A stretch of DNA of 63,780 nucleotides, counting the filler, from Candidatus Woesearchaeota archaeon (GTDB lineage: Archaea > Nanobdellota > Nanobdellia > Woesearchaeales > B72-G16), in NCBI GenBank assembly GCA_003650545.1. It is 6 parts of 6 records of this genome, joined end to end, with 100 filler letters (N's around TTAATTAATTAA, not from the genome) between each part and the next. Parts side by side here need not be neighbours in the genome. Positions count along the whole stretch, not along the records: positions 26,827 to 38,561 come from QMQO01000037.1; positions 38,662 to 48,354 come from QMQO01000040.1; 4 more parts are not named here. One strand, given 5' to 3'. Of the stretch, positions 32,474-43,351 are shown piece by piece. The number at the start of each line of letters is the position of its first letter. Positions within the stretch are counted from its first letter, which is position 1. Both the position numbers and the translations under genes were made by a program. Below the pieces are notes generated by a model. That model was not told the DNA's origin and searched no databases. It worked only from the letters and a program-made list of their open reading frames with translations.

Positions 32474-33109
32474 GTGCACACTTTCTCTCATCATAGATTT
32501 TTTAGAGGCAAGGCGAAGAGTTTGGCGCCCCCGAGAATGTCTAGAGGAGAGCGAAAAATCGTAGCGATTGATTTAGATAATGTTCTTGCAGATACGCTTG
32601 GCCTTTGGTGCGAATTAGTGCAAATAAGATTTAAAAAAACGATAACAAAGGAAATGATACCCGATCCGAGACTTCGAGGATTGAGAATAGGGATCAGGAG
32701 ACCCCATCTATTAAGAATTCTAAGAGAGGTTTGGACTCACTGGGAAAGACTTCCTTTAGTCGATAAGGATGCTCCCTTAGTCATCGATCACTTACGAAAG
32801 AGGGGGTATAAAGTAATTATTCTATCTTCAAGAAGTCCAGAAGATAGAATATATGTTGAAAAATGGCTTAAACATAACAGAATTGTGGTAGATGAGCTCA
32901 AATTCCTCGGTTTTAGTACTCAAAAAAAAGATCATAAGGAAGTAGATATATTAATTGATGATGATGCTAGAGAAATTGAGGAGTTCGTCAGGATGGGGAA
33001 AGTCGGCATTCTATATACCCAACCATGGAACAAACAGATAAGCGTAAGAGCAACTTATAGAGTTTCTAGTTTTCAAGAAATAGAAGAAATTTTAGATAAA
33101 TTGATATAA
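32474..33109 (+). CDS. HAD-superfamily 5'(3')-deoxyribonucleotidase (NT5C-like); true start probably downstream
   Basis: IDLDNVLAD, ILSSR, ILIDDD, QPWN. Confidence 0.85.
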   Translation: MHTFSHHRFFRGKAKSLAPPRMSRGERKIVAIDLDNVLADTLGLWCELVQIRFKKTITKEMIPDPRLRGLRIGIRRPHLLRILREVWTHWERLPLVDKDAPLVIDHLRKRGYKVIILSSRSPEDRIYVEKWLKHNRIVVDELKFLGFSTQKKDHKEVDILIDDDAREIEEFVRMGKVGILYTQPWNKQISVRATYRVSSFQEIEEILDKLI

Positions 33110-33208
33110 TCGCGCATCTCTGATTCTCTAGTATGGCGTTTAATATTATGTTTATACTCTATCTTCTAGATCCGACTCGCTCTTTGCTTATGCAGTATCG
33201 TTTTTCTA

Positions 33209-35227
33209 TTAGATTGTTACTACTCGAGGTATTTCAGCGTCAGAAGCAACCTTAGTAACTATAATATATTTACTATGAGTCCTCGCTACTTCATTTAGTG
33301 CTTGAAGGAATTTTTGGAATCTAGTATCGTCTAAGAGTTCCCCATAGGAGTCAAGGATAAAAACTTTCCAGCTTTCTTGGAATTTAGTATTAAGGAGTAC
33401 ATAGATCGTTATCAGCGTAATTGATAGTTTTTCCGCGGTAGATAAGGATGAGTAATCAGTTAGAATGCCATCTCTAAAAATCAGGTAGGTTATTTGCCTA
33501 GTACGTGGTTCGTAATTGACTTTTATTTTGGTTATTCCTCGATAATTGAGCTGAGCTAGTAATTTATTGAGTTCTTCTTCCAGCTTCTTTACGAACTCTT
33601 CCTCCTCTTTCTTTATTTTTTCTTGCACTATAGCTATGGCTTTTTTCAGTAGAAGTGCCTCAGCATATAATAGTTTAAGATAAGACAGTAAATCTTGGTT
33701 TTTCTCTTTTATATTATTTTCTTCTCTTTGCAATACTCGCATATCTTCAAGAAGCTCTCGGAGTTCTCTCTCGATATTACCAATTTTTTCTTCAATTACG
33801 GCAAGCTCTTTCTCCGTTTTTTTATCTACAACTTCTTTTCTCCGAGCTTCCAGATGTGCTATTTCTGCGGATAATTCATGTATCTTATTCCTTATGGTCT
33901 CGTGTTTATTTTCTAACTCGCGCATTCTGGCCTCTAGTTCTCTCAAGTTTTTTGTTTTCTCGTTGATTTCTTTGCTTCTTTGTTCTATCTTTGTATTTAA
34001 CTCATCTATTTTACTTTCTAGTTCCCGTACTCTGTTCACTATCATTTCTAATTCAGCTCTCCTTTTTTCTATTTCTTCTCTTTTTTTATCAATTTCTTGT
34101 TTTTGTCTTTCTATCAATGATAATAAGTAGTTTTCGAAACTTTCCTTGGATTGAAACTTTGTTGTTATGTCTCTGGAAATAGGACACTCTCTCTTTTCTA
34201 AGTAGAATATAGGACAATAACTCTCACTCAAAGAGCTGTACATAAGTTCAGAGAACTCTTTTATCATTCTTTCAAACTGAATATAAATAATGCGTTGCAA
34301 TTGTAAGTTAGCAATCTCCTTTTCTAGTGCTATTCTAGCTTCTTCTTTTTGCTGTTTTTCTTTGTTCAGTTTAGCCAACTGTTGATTTAAATGATCTAGA
34401 ATTCCCCTTTCTTCTTCATTCAGGTTTTTAAGTACTTCTAAGTCTTTGCGAATATTTTCTATTTTCCGTTTCAAATCCCCAATTTCTTCTTCAATATCGC
34501 TTTTTTCCCTCAGCAACTCATCTTTTTTTCTTCTAAGTTGATCGATCTCTTCATCTAATTTTTTAGGTTCTTCCGGCATTTTTTCTCTTAGTTTTTTCTT
34601 CGCATCTTCGAGCTTACCTTTTTCATGCTCTTTTTCGATATATTGTTGTTTTAATTCTTCCATTTTTTCTCTTATTTTTTTCAATTCTCTTATATTTGTC
34701 TGCATTTTATCAAGCGTTTCTTCAAGCCTATCTAGAACTCCCCGTAATACGTGTTCTAGATTCTCTCTCATAACAATTAAATGGGGATATTCGAGTTCTT
34801 CTGAATAGCTTCTTAAGAGTTTAGTTAGATCATTATTAATGACAGCTGACGTCAAGAGCGTATTTTCCAAAAAGACGAACGCGTATTTCTCTATTTTTTG
34901 AGGGAATTTCTGCTCATAAGCTTCTTGAAGTATCAGACGATCTTCCTGTTTTATTGCTCTTATTCTATTGATAATATTTTTGTCCTCGAACAACTCGATC
35001 TCGATCTCTTTAAGCTCGTCATTAACAAGCGAACTGAGAACCGATTTTTTTCCTTCATCCTCACTCCAGCTTATTGCAACGTAAAGTGCCTTTAGGAGAG
35101 AGGTTTTTCCAGATCCGTTGTTGCCTTCAAGTATTGTGACACCCGGACTAAAAAGATACTCTTTTCTATCCGTGAAGGGCCCGACTCCTCTAACACTTAA
35201 TCTTAACTTCGCCATAGGGATCACCAT
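33209..35227 (-). CDS. archaeal SMC-related (Sph/Rad50-like) coiled-coil ATPase
   Basis: Walker A GNNGSGKT, long coiled coils with central CP..x..CP, signature LSTAEK, Walker B FILDS. Confidence 0.85.
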   Translation of the reverse strand: MVIPMAKLRLSVRGVGPFTDRKEYLFSPGVTILEGNNGSGKTSLLKALYVAISWSEDEGKKSVLSSLVNDELKEIEIELFEDKNIINRIRAIKQEDRLILQEAYEQKFPQKIEKYAFVFLENTLLTSAVINNDLTKLLRSYSEELEYPHLIVMRENLEHVLRGVLDRLEETLDKMQTNIRELKKIREKMEELKQQYIEKEHEKGKLEDAKKKLREKMPEEPKKLDEEIDQLRRKKDELLREKSDIEEEIGDLKRKIENIRKDLEVLKNLNEEERGILDHLNQQLAKLNKEKQQKEEARIALEKEIANLQLQRIIYIQFERMIKEFSELMYSSLSESYCPIFYLEKRECPISRDITTKFQSKESFENYLLSLIERQKQEIDKKREEIEKRRAELEMIVNRVRELESKIDELNTKIEQRSKEINEKTKNLRELEARMRELENKHETIRNKIHELSAEIAHLEARRKEVVDKKTEKELAVIEEKIGNIERELRELLEDMRVLQREENNIKEKNQDLLSYLKLLYAEALLLKKAIAIVQEKIKKEEEEFVKKLEEELNKLLAQLNYRGITKIKVNYEPRTRQITYLIFRDGILTDYSSLSTAEKLSITLITIYVLLNTKFQESWKVFILDSYGELLDDTRFQKFLQALNEVARTHSKYIIVTKVASDAEIPRVVTI

Positions 35228-35242
35228 CGATTACTTCGCTTT

Positions 35243-35497
35243 TCAAGATCTTTCAAGATCACTAATGATACCTTTTGCTAATTCATAAAAAATACTATCC
35301 AGCAGTGCTCTTTTCCCCATTTTTATTCGTGAAATGCTTTCTTTAATTTTATCCGTTAATAACTCAAGGGTGGCTTCAGACTCGATGTTTTTTTCTATTT
35401 TTTCGATATCAACATCTAAAATACTTTTGAGTTTCTCTCTGATTTTACCTATATCCTCCTCTAATGAGTCGTGCATCAAGACACCTTTACTTATCAA
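35243..35497 (-). CDS. small helical protein directly upstream of the SMC-like gene
   Basis: 76-84-aa ORF co-oriented with and abutting the SMC-like ORF. Confidence 0.55.
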   Translation of the reverse strand: MISKGVLMHDSLEEDIGKIREKLKSILDVDIEKIEKNIESEATLELLTDKIKESISRIKMGKRALLDSIFYELAKGIISDLERS

Positions 35498-35651
35498 TAA
35501 TTATTTTTGTTTAGATCAGAATGTTAATTAATATGTAGTAGATGAAGTTAGATAGGATATATTAATAACTATTATCAAAAATTAAAAAATATGACTCTCA
35601 TGTTTAATGAAATCTACCATCATTTTACAAATAGATTAGGGATGATTAGAG

Positions 35652-36503
35652 ATGATTAAGTACCCAATAGAGGGTAAAAGTAGGGGATATCTAAGAGGAG
35701 ATGAAATTAATGTCTTCGATCGCTTCGAACGCGGCTTTATTCCGGCTGGAAAATACTTTCGAGAAATAACGGATAAGATGACTAGGATTATTAGATACCA
35801 ATGGAAAGAAGAGATTCGAGATGGCTTAAAGGGATTTTTATTATTTGGACCACCCGGTACTGGGAAAACTCTATTAGCTTTTTGGACAGCATTTAAGCTT
35901 GGGATTCCAGAATCTAACGTTTTGTATGTAGACTTTGGATCATTAGGAGAGAGTCTAGTCGGGAAAATGGAGAAAATTCTCCGTAATATGTTTAACGAAT
36001 GCAAAATGAGTCCTTCAGGAACCTTCTTACTAATCTTTGACGATGCTGAAAGCATATTTTTCTCCCGTAGATTTGCAAAAGAGGCCTGGCAATATACTTT
36101 ATCATCAGTTTTCCTTCATGAATTAGATACCTTAGACACTAGCAAAGCTGCTGTAATAGTTACTACAAATATGCCTGAATTATTAGATCCAGCAATAAAA
36201 GATAGACTATTCCCAATTTTAGTACTTCCCTCCTTGGAAGATCTCAGGGAAATCGCAAAGGCACGAGCGAGAGTGTATAAGTTAGGAACAGACACTCTGG
36301 AAAAAGTTTTAAATGCGATAGAGAGACAGTACCTAAGGGGCGCAGACTTAATAAATGAACTAAAGAAAGACCCCGAAAAACTATTACTCGACGAAAGCGG
36401 AGAGACATCTAAGATGTTACGTGAAAAATATCCAAGTGTTAGATTAATTGAAAAAATTGTCATAAACGAATTTGTACAAAAGCTGTTAAAGGAGCCATTC
36501 TAA
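35652..36503 (+). CDS. single-domain AAA+ ATPase
   Basis: GPPGTGKT, LIFDDAE, TTNMPELLDPAIKDR (SRH/arginine finger). Confidence 0.9.
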   Translation: MIKYPIEGKSRGYLRGDEINVFDRFERGFIPAGKYFREITDKMTRIIRYQWKEEIRDGLKGFLLFGPPGTGKTLLAFWTAFKLGIPESNVLYVDFGSLGESLVGKMEKILRNMFNECKMSPSGTFLLIFDDAESIFFSRRFAKEAWQYTLSSVFLHELDTLDTSKAAVIVTTNMPELLDPAIKDRLFPILVLPSLEDLREIAKARARVYKLGTDTLEKVLNAIERQYLRGADLINELKKDPEKLLLDESGETSKMLREKYPSVRLIEKIVINEFVQKLLKEPF

Positions 36504-36925
36504 TGTGCCAAATAAGCTTGCTATATTTTTTCATGTCAAGTAATAAAGATATGACTAGAATTCCGAAAATTTCATTAAATGATAGAGAAAAACTAAAAGG
36601 GTCTGGGAAGCACATGACTACTAACCAGATAGATGTGAAACAAATAATAATAATCACATTTCTCAAGGATATCAAAAAAGATCGTCAAAAATTAAGGCGA
36701 AAAGTATCCGCTATACTGGGTAATTTATGTCTCGACGCCTTCGTGAGAAAAAATATATTGATGATATTACTAGTAAAGCCAATTAAGTTGGATAAATTAT
36801 TTGAGATTCGAGAGGCTTTAAACAAGTTGGGCTATATTCATGAATGTGATTATAAGTTATTTATTGCGAAAGCTTACTCTTATGATGTATGGATAAAAGA
36901 AGGAATTTATTTATGGAAAACCTAG
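36503..36925 (+). CDS. hypothetical protein following the AAA ATPase
   Basis: ORF overlapping the ATPase stop; start uncertain. Confidence 0.5.
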   Translation: MCQISLLYFFMSSNKDMTRIPKISLNDREKLKGSGKHMTTNQIDVKQIIIITFLKDIKKDRQKLRRKVSAILGNLCLDAFVRKNILMILLVKPIKLDKLFEIREALNKLGYIHECDYKLFIAKAYSYDVWIKEGIYLWKT

Positions 36926-37422
36926 TTTTATGCTCTCTAATTAGCGGTTAACTAAAATTTAATGCAACAAGCTATTAACCGATTTCCTACTACTTCTCTT
37001 ACATTCTTTGATAGTACTATCCTAGGAATCTTAATAACGATTAATCCAATTAACGCTGGAAAAATGAGCATCTGCTCAGCTTTTTCTTCCTACCGCGTAC
37101 TTACAAGGTTGTTCACTATTCTTTATTTCCAGCAAAAATAGATCGTTTGATAAACCAAACTCTTCCTCCTGATCTACAAACATTCCAGGTACATATCTCA
37201 AATAGCCCTAACTTAAAAATTTTCGAAATAATAAATGGCTTTGTTTCAAATTTACCTCTTTCTTAGCTTAGTTCTTATTCGTTAATGTTTCTTTCATAGC
37301 ATTACAGTAGAGACATTTTTGTATGCGTTCTACGAACTGGCTAAGAAAAATTTTTCATTCATCGTAGAGACTATACTTGTATAAAGAGGTAACAAAGGTA
37401 TTAAAAGACGGTAAAATGCGAA

Positions 37423-38561
37423 ATGGGAGTGCCTCGTGAAGTGGGAGTTGGGGAGGAAATACATATCGAATACTTCATATATAACGATGAGAGGAAAGAG
37501 ATAACCATACAAAAAATCAAGGAGGCAATCCCACCGAACTTCAAAGTACTAAAAATAGAAAAGGGAGATATAATCGGGAGAGACCTCATTCTAAACACTA
37601 AGCTGGGAAGAACGAGAAGCAAGACTATAGGCATAGAAGGCTACTTCGTAGAACCAGGAGAATACAAATTAAACCCAGTCTTAGAAATCGAGAATAGACC
37701 GGACGTCCCCGTGGGCGAATACCTAATCAAGGTATCAAAAGAAGGAATCGAGAAGGAGGCAACTAGGGAAGAACGCGTGATAAAGAACCTCATAACACGC
37801 TATGAGGAAGCAGGACAATGGGAGGAGCTCCAGAAATATGTGGAAGAAAAAATAATCCCGAGAATAGACCAGCTAGACATCGAGACGGCGTACAAGAGCA
37901 TAAACGCGGCAATAAAAAGCCTGAAACACTACCCGAGAGAAAAGAGAAAGAGGATAGAGAAGCTTCTGAAGTATGCGAAAGCGAAAGCGAGAATAATAAA
38001 ACCGGAGGAAATACCTAGAGAGATCTACGAGGCACTAGCAGTAATCGCGAACAAGGATCAGGAAGCGGCGGAAAAACTAGAAACACTGCTGAAATTAACA
38101 AGAAACATAAACAAGAAACTAGAAATAATAGAAAAAATTATCACAAAAACAAGTAACAAAAGACTACTGATCGAGGCAAAAAAGGAGTTAGAAAACATCC
38201 CTACAATCCCCAAAAAAAACAATTCGCACTTACAGTACTCCTTATCAACTTGGGAAGGACAGAGGAGGCAATAGAGACGGCTAGAGAAATACATGATCGG
38301 CATATCAGAGCTAAGGCCATGGCTTATATAGCCGCCAAACTAGCAGACATGGGAAAGACAGAAGAGGCAATAGAGACAATAAAAGAAGCAATAGAGACGG
38401 CTAGAGAAATACATGATCGGTACAACAGGGCTCGAACCATGGCTTATATAGCTGCCAAACTAGCAGACATGGGAAAGACAGAAGAGGCAATAGAGACAAG
38501 AAAAGAAGCAATAGAGACGGCTAGAGAAATCGGCCACAAGGATTTTCGGACCGAATATTAC
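37423..38561 (+). CDS. N-terminal beta-rich domain plus TPR-like 40-aa repeats; frameshift at A8 (38212-38219); truncated at contig end
   Basis: ORF 37423-38274 joins ORF 38250+ if the A run gains one base (KKKQFALTVLLINLGRTEEAIE); MGKTEEAIE repeats. Confidence 0.65.
38268..38530 (+). repeat. 120-bp near-perfect tandem repeat encoding TPR-like units
   Basis: GCAATAGAGACGGCTAGAGAAAT recurs at 38268, 38388 and 38508. Confidence 0.9.
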
Positions 38562-38661
38562 NNNNNNNNNNNNNNNNNNNNNNNNNNNNNNNNNNNNNNN
38601 NNNNNTTAATTAATTAANNNNNNNNNNNNNNNNNNNNNNNNNNNNNNNNNNNNNNNNNNNN
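38562..38661. other. artificial contig linker
   Basis: N-run/TTAATTAATTAA/N-run. Confidence 0.98.
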
Positions 38662-38791
38662 GCTGCGCTGTAACAGTTGGTTACAATCAGTTAAGCGATA
38701 CTGAACGATATATTTTGAATCAAGCAGAGCATCATGCTGTTGCTTGAGCACTTGGCTGGAAACCTGTGACTTTAGTCACAGGAGGAGGTCA
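38662..38791 (+). mobile_element. tnpA: 3' end of an IS200-family tnpA plus right-end hairpin
   Basis: Frame to TGA at 38745-38747 reads TVGYNQLSDTERYILNQAEHH (Y1 transposase YIxNQ motif); hairpin CCTGTGACT-TT-AGTCACAGG (38763-38782) followed by AGGAGGTCA. Confidence 0.75.
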
Positions 38792-38793
38792 TT

Positions 38794-39243
38794 TTAATTT
38801 TCTTTCAAGAACTCATCAGCATTTTTTAAGACCTCTTTCAGGTTATTAAACTTAATCTTCTTTAATGCTGTGTCCAAGCTGGCCCAGACATATCCTTCAT
38901 GCTCCTCGCTTAATTTGATCTCCTCTTTCTTTGATTCTGCTAGAACATATATAACCTCCTTATAGATAGTTTTGCCATCTCTTTTGTAAAACCAGCCTAT
39001 CTTTTTCTTAAAGCCTTCTTGAATTATTAAATCTTCTTCTTTTAACCCTGTTTCTTCCTTAACCTCGCGTAGGATTGTTTCTTGCGGATCCTCTCCTTTT
39101 TCTATATTACCTTTGGGCATACCCCAATGACCTTTAAATATTGTTCCACCACGTTCACCTGAAGGATAATGCAAGAGTAAATAGCGTATTCCCTTCATTG
39201 TTCTGCGAAAGACTATTGCACCTGCTGAATATTCAAATGGCAT
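38794..39243 (-). CDS. NUDIX hydrolase (Ap4A hydrolase-like)
   Basis: SAGAIVF, WGMPKG...REVKEETGL, LSEEH. Confidence 0.92.
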   Translation of the reverse strand: MPFEYSAGAIVFRRTMKGIRYLLLHYPSGERGGTIFKGHWGMPKGNIEKGEDPQETILREVKEETGLKEEDLIIQEGFKKKIGWFYKRDGKTIYKEVIYVLAESKKEEIKLSEEHEGYVWASLDTALKKIKFNNLKEVLKNADEFLKEN

Positions 39244-39312
39244 ACCTTCAAAATAAAGAACATACTATAAAAAACTTACTAATCTTCTACTGATAATATC
39301 TTATATCTTCTA

Positions 39313-42300
39313 CTAATCTATCTTACTATCTATTTCTTTCAAAATCTTCAGCAAGAACTTTACAACATTATCCTTCCATACTTTTGGAATGCTGCCAGAT
39401 AAAAGATTCTTCAGCCAAACAATAGTATCATACCTTGGTCTATGCTTTGGATCATCAATCAATGCCAGAATGTCAAACTGAATACTTGTTTCTATACGAA
39501 GTTTTTTAGAAATTTTCTTAAAATCTTCCATAATCTTCTGTTTCTCAATTTCTTGCTCAAGCAATTTCTTTTGCTCACTTTTTTCCCAGAACTCGTCATA
39601 GTTGAAATTTTTCTGCTTTATTTCATAAATTTTCTTTAGAACAAAATCTGCCAGACGTTGTGGCCAGTTTTTTTTAATTTCATCTATATGCTTTATTACT
39701 AAATCAAGTACAAAATCGGGAATATCTTCTTCACCTTTTATTATGCTAACAAGTTTGTCCTTAGCATTGTTTGGTATATTGACGCGAGCTAGCATACCAA
39801 TCAATTGTTCTTTCTCATGGCTGATCTGGCTTTCATTGTAGAATTCTACAATCTTTCTTCTAAAGAATTTCGTGTTGTCATCAAGCTCATGCTCAAGATG
39901 TTTGCCTTTCTTTAAGCTGATCTTTGCCATCACAGCATTATGCATTCTCTTGACGAATTCTAGCTTGTCCTCTATTTTTAAAATATCTGCATAACCCTGC
40001 ATTATTAAGTTGAAGGCAAATGGACTTGGAACATCTGTCTTTATTTCCTTAATCTTTATTTTGCCTAGTTCTATCTCCTTTAGAACGAACTTAGTGGTTT
40101 CTATATCCATCAAATCTTTAAGCACTTCTCTTCTTGCTTCTTTTAAGATTGAGAAATCGTTACTGATTCGTTTAATTGCATTCATCAACAACATGCTACT
40201 AACTTGTTGCCTTCCAACACGTTTTTGTTTTCCCATGTAACTACGTAAAATCATTAAAGAACGGGTTGCACAGTGACGAAATCTACGCTTTAGTACTTCT
40301 GATTTATCTATCGCAATGTCCATCAACATGTCAAGATTATCCGATTCAAGCATCTTGAAAGATTTAAGAACATTGAGGTTCTTACCAAACGCAAGGTAGA
40401 AACCATTGTCGTTCATACCTATTTCTACATCTTTATGATACAATCTCGAAGCAGCAAATGCGACAGCCCTGCTTAAGCAATCATTAACACGTCTCCCATA
40501 CAAAGAATGGAAGAAAACAAGCCATTTGCTCCCGTCATTATAACTCTCAATTAGAATCTTTTTATCATGAGGAATTTCTGCATATTCATATTGTTCTTTG
40601 AAGTAATTATAGAGAGCATTTGCTGCACGTTCGTCAACATATAAATACTTATGTATGAATTCAAGGATTTCTTTCTTTGTTTTATTATGTTTAAGCTTAT
40701 CTTCCATTAGACGACGAAATTTTCCAATTTCCTGACTGAGGTCAAAGCTCAAAGGTAGCATTTCACTGACCCAACGAGGAACTGTAGGGGGCCTACCAGA
40801 GCTCGCCTTAACCTGGGCTACCATGCCTCTGCTGTATTTAAATTCGTAAGTGTTGCCTCCTAATACAAATACATCTCCTGGCTTTAGTCTCTCTAAGAAC
40901 GCTTCGTCTAACTTACCAATAGTTTCATTACCTGTCTTGACTGTGACGAACGTCTCATCCGGAATTGTACCGATGTTTGTCATATAAATTGTTCTTGCCA
41001 TTTTTCCCCGTCTACCAATCATGCCCGCCTCTTCATCATACCATATCTTAGCATAAACGTGGCGATCTTCTAGACTAGCATATTTGCCTGCCAAATAATC
41101 AATAACATCATTAAAGTCTTGCTTTGATAGGTTTTGATAACAGTAGCTTTGTTTGATTAGTTTGTAAAGGTCTTTGACATTGGTCTTTTCTGCGATTGCA
41201 ATACCGTAGATGTGTTGTGAGAGAACATCTAGACAGTTTTTTGGAATGTGAATGCGATCAATCTTTTTTTCTTTTGCTGCTTTAAGCAGCACAGAACATT
41301 CAACTAAATCATCTCTGTCCATTACAATGATTCTACCTTTTGCTTTTTGATGTAATTTATGTCCTGACCTCCCAATACGTTGGAGAGCCCTTGCAACTGA
41401 CTTTGGAGAACCTAATAGAATAACTAAGTCTATATAACCTATGTCAATACCAAGTTCTAAGCTTGTTGACGACACAACAACCTTTAGTTTTCCTTTCCTT
41501 AGCTGATTCTCAATCATCAACCTGTGAGATTTTGATAATGAGCCGTGATGAGCACCAATTCGTGTACTAGAATCTCCTGCGTCTAGAGCCAGATAATTTT
41601 TAGGAAACTTTTCTTTCAGATTGTCAACAACGCGTTCTGTTGCTGCCCTTGTGTTTGTAAAGATGAGGGTTGTTTTATGTTCTTGTATTAGCTTGTTGAT
41701 TAACTCATACATTTTATGATGCATTATGTGATGAGGCGTGTTGATTAGATCCTCAACAGGGCTAATGACTTGTAAGTCTAGATCTTTTATGAATTGAACA
41801 TTGACAACTTTACAATCCCTGTTAGTTCCAACGAGATATTGTGCAACGTCTTCTAATGGCGCGATTGTAGCGCTAAGACCAACACGACAGAGATCACCCG
41901 CTAACCTTTGTAGGCGTTCCATACTTAATGATAGGTGTACACCGCGCTTGTTTTCTGCCAATGCATGCACTTCGTCAATGATCAACCACTCAACCCCCCT
42001 TAATAACTCTCTAAACTTTGGCGCATTTAGAACGATTGCTAAACTTTCAGGAGTTGTGATTAGTATATGTGGTGGTTTCTTAGTCATTTTTTGTTTCTCG
42101 TATGGTGATGTATCGCTAGTTCTAACTGCTATCCTTATGCCGAGCGGTTTGCCTGCAAGATCTTCTATTTCTTTGAGTGGGCCTTGTAGATTAACTGATA
42201 TATCTCTATTCAGTGCCTTCAGGGGTGAAACATATATGGCATAGATTTTGTCTTTTAAAATTCCTTTTTCTGCTGAATCTATTAATTCATTAAGTATAGA

Positions 42301-42498
42301 TAGAAATCCTGTCAATGTTTTGCCGCTTCCAGTCGGGGCAGATACTAGGATGTTATTTCTTTTGTGAATTTCTAAAACAGAGTATAGCTGTGGTAAAGCA
42401 AACTTTTCGAATCTAGATGTAAACCATTTTCTAACTAGGGGATGCAAAATTTTTAAAATGTCTTTTTCCTTGTCCGGTTTTGTCTTGTGTTCTACCAT
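39313..42498 (-). CDS. lhr: Lhr-family ATP-dependent helicase with C-terminal extension
   Basis: APTGSGKT, TTPESL, DEVH, GLSAT, HHGSLS, SLELGID, QRIGRSGH. Confidence 0.95.
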   Translation of the reverse strand: MVEHKTKPDKEKDILKILHPLVRKWFTSRFEKFALPQLYSVLEIHKRNNILVSAPTGSGKTLTGFLSILNELIDSAEKGILKDKIYAIYVSPLKALNRDISVNLQGPLKEIEDLAGKPLGIRIAVRTSDTSPYEKQKMTKKPPHILITTPESLAIVLNAPKFRELLRGVEWLIIDEVHALAENKRGVHLSLSMERLQRLAGDLCRVGLSATIAPLEDVAQYLVGTNRDCKVVNVQFIKDLDLQVISPVEDLINTPHHIMHHKMYELINKLIQEHKTTLIFTNTRAATERVVDNLKEKFPKNYLALDAGDSSTRIGAHHGSLSKSHRLMIENQLRKGKLKVVVSSTSLELGIDIGYIDLVILLGSPKSVARALQRIGRSGHKLHQKAKGRIIVMDRDDLVECSVLLKAAKEKKIDRIHIPKNCLDVLSQHIYGIAIAEKTNVKDLYKLIKQSYCYQNLSKQDFNDVIDYLAGKYASLEDRHVYAKIWYDEEAGMIGRRGKMARTIYMTNIGTIPDETFVTVKTGNETIGKLDEAFLERLKPGDVFVLGGNTYEFKYSRGMVAQVKASSGRPPTVPRWVSEMLPLSFDLSQEIGKFRRLMEDKLKHNKTKKEILEFIHKYLYVDERAANALYNYFKEQYEYAEIPHDKKILIESYNDGSKWLVFFHSLYGRRVNDCLSRAVAFAASRLYHKDVEIGMNDNGFYLAFGKNLNVLKSFKMLESDNLDMLMDIAIDKSEVLKRRFRHCATRSLMILRSYMGKQKRVGRQQVSSMLLMNAIKRISNDFSILKEARREVLKDLMDIETTKFVLKEIELGKIKIKEIKTDVPSPFAFNLIMQGYADILKIEDKLEFVKRMHNAVMAKISLKKGKHLEHELDDNTKFFRRKIVEFYNESQISHEKEQLIGMLARVNIPNNAKDKLVSIIKGEEDIPDFVLDLVIKHIDEIKKNWPQRLADFVLKKIYEIKQKNFNYDEFWEKSEQKKLLEQEIEKQKIMEDFKKISKKLRIETSIQFDILALIDDPKHRPRYDTIVWLKNLLSGSIPKVWKDNVVKFLLKILKEIDSKID

Positions 42499-42660
42499 TG
42501 TTTTTCAATTAAATTTTTAATTAAAATTATTAATTTCAATACTGATAATAAATATTAATACCATCTGGCTTTTATAAATTAGAAGATAGGTTGTATATAA
42601 AGTTAATGTTAAAATTAATATATTAAGGATTAGAGAGAGCTAAAGTTTCACTTCTTCTTT

Positions 42661-43326
42661 TTAGTTCTCTTTTTCTTTGTTTTCTTTTTCTTTGCCTTTG
42701 TTTTTTTGATGTAGAATCTTTATCTTTCTATGTTGTATCACACCACCAGAAACAATCGTCTGAACAGCTTGTTCAATACTTATGTCAAGTTCGATAACTT
42801 TATCCCTAGGAACATAGAGTGTGTAACCAGACATTGGAACTGGTGTTGTTGGAACAATGACACTAATCATGCTCTTATTACCAATTCGAACATACTCTTT
42901 TGTAACAAAAGCAATAGCATAAGTACCTTTTAATGGATATTCAATCAGAACAACACGCTTGAATTTATGTTTCTTCTTTGTTAAAAAGCTTTCAGTTAGC
43001 TGTTTAAATGGGTTAAAGATAACATTAAACCCTGGGATTTTCTCTATTGTAGAATCTATGCGGCTTTTCCATTTAGTTGTAAACAGTTTGATCGTTATAT
43101 AACCAAAAATCATAATAACACCAAACAAAAATACAAAGTATAGTATATAATCAAAAATAGGATTAACCTTGAATATGCTTGGTAGATACTGAAAGATATT
43201 ATTCTTGAAAATGTCAAAAAGATATTTCAAAATTAGATATGCAATGATTATAGGAAGTAATGCAAGAACGCCTGCGAAAAAATATTTTTTGAATATTTCA
43301 CCTTTTGTTTCTTTATCCTGTGTCAT
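42661..43326 (-). CDS. DUF502 membrane protein
   Basis: Two TM helices; VVLIEYP, VPTTPVPMSG, IVSGG. Confidence 0.88.
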   Translation of the reverse strand: MTQDKETKGEIFKKYFFAGVLALLPIIIAYLILKYLFDIFKNNIFQYLPSIFKVNPIFDYILYFVFLFGVIMIFGYITIKLFTTKWKSRIDSTIEKIPGFNVIFNPFKQLTESFLTKKKHKFKRVVLIEYPLKGTYAIAFVTKEYVRIGNKSMISVIVPTTPVPMSGYTLYVPRDKVIELDISIEQAVQTIVSGGVIQHRKIKILHQKNKGKEKENKEKEN

Positions 43327-43351
43327 GTTAACAAAAATAATTAAAAAGAAT

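Noticed and set aside
36503..36925. Faint Cas2-like look (DIKKDRQKLRRKV) in an ORF on the CRISPR contig
   Set aside because: Too weak by eye, no cas1 nearby and ~7.6 kb from the array; needs an HMM or structure search
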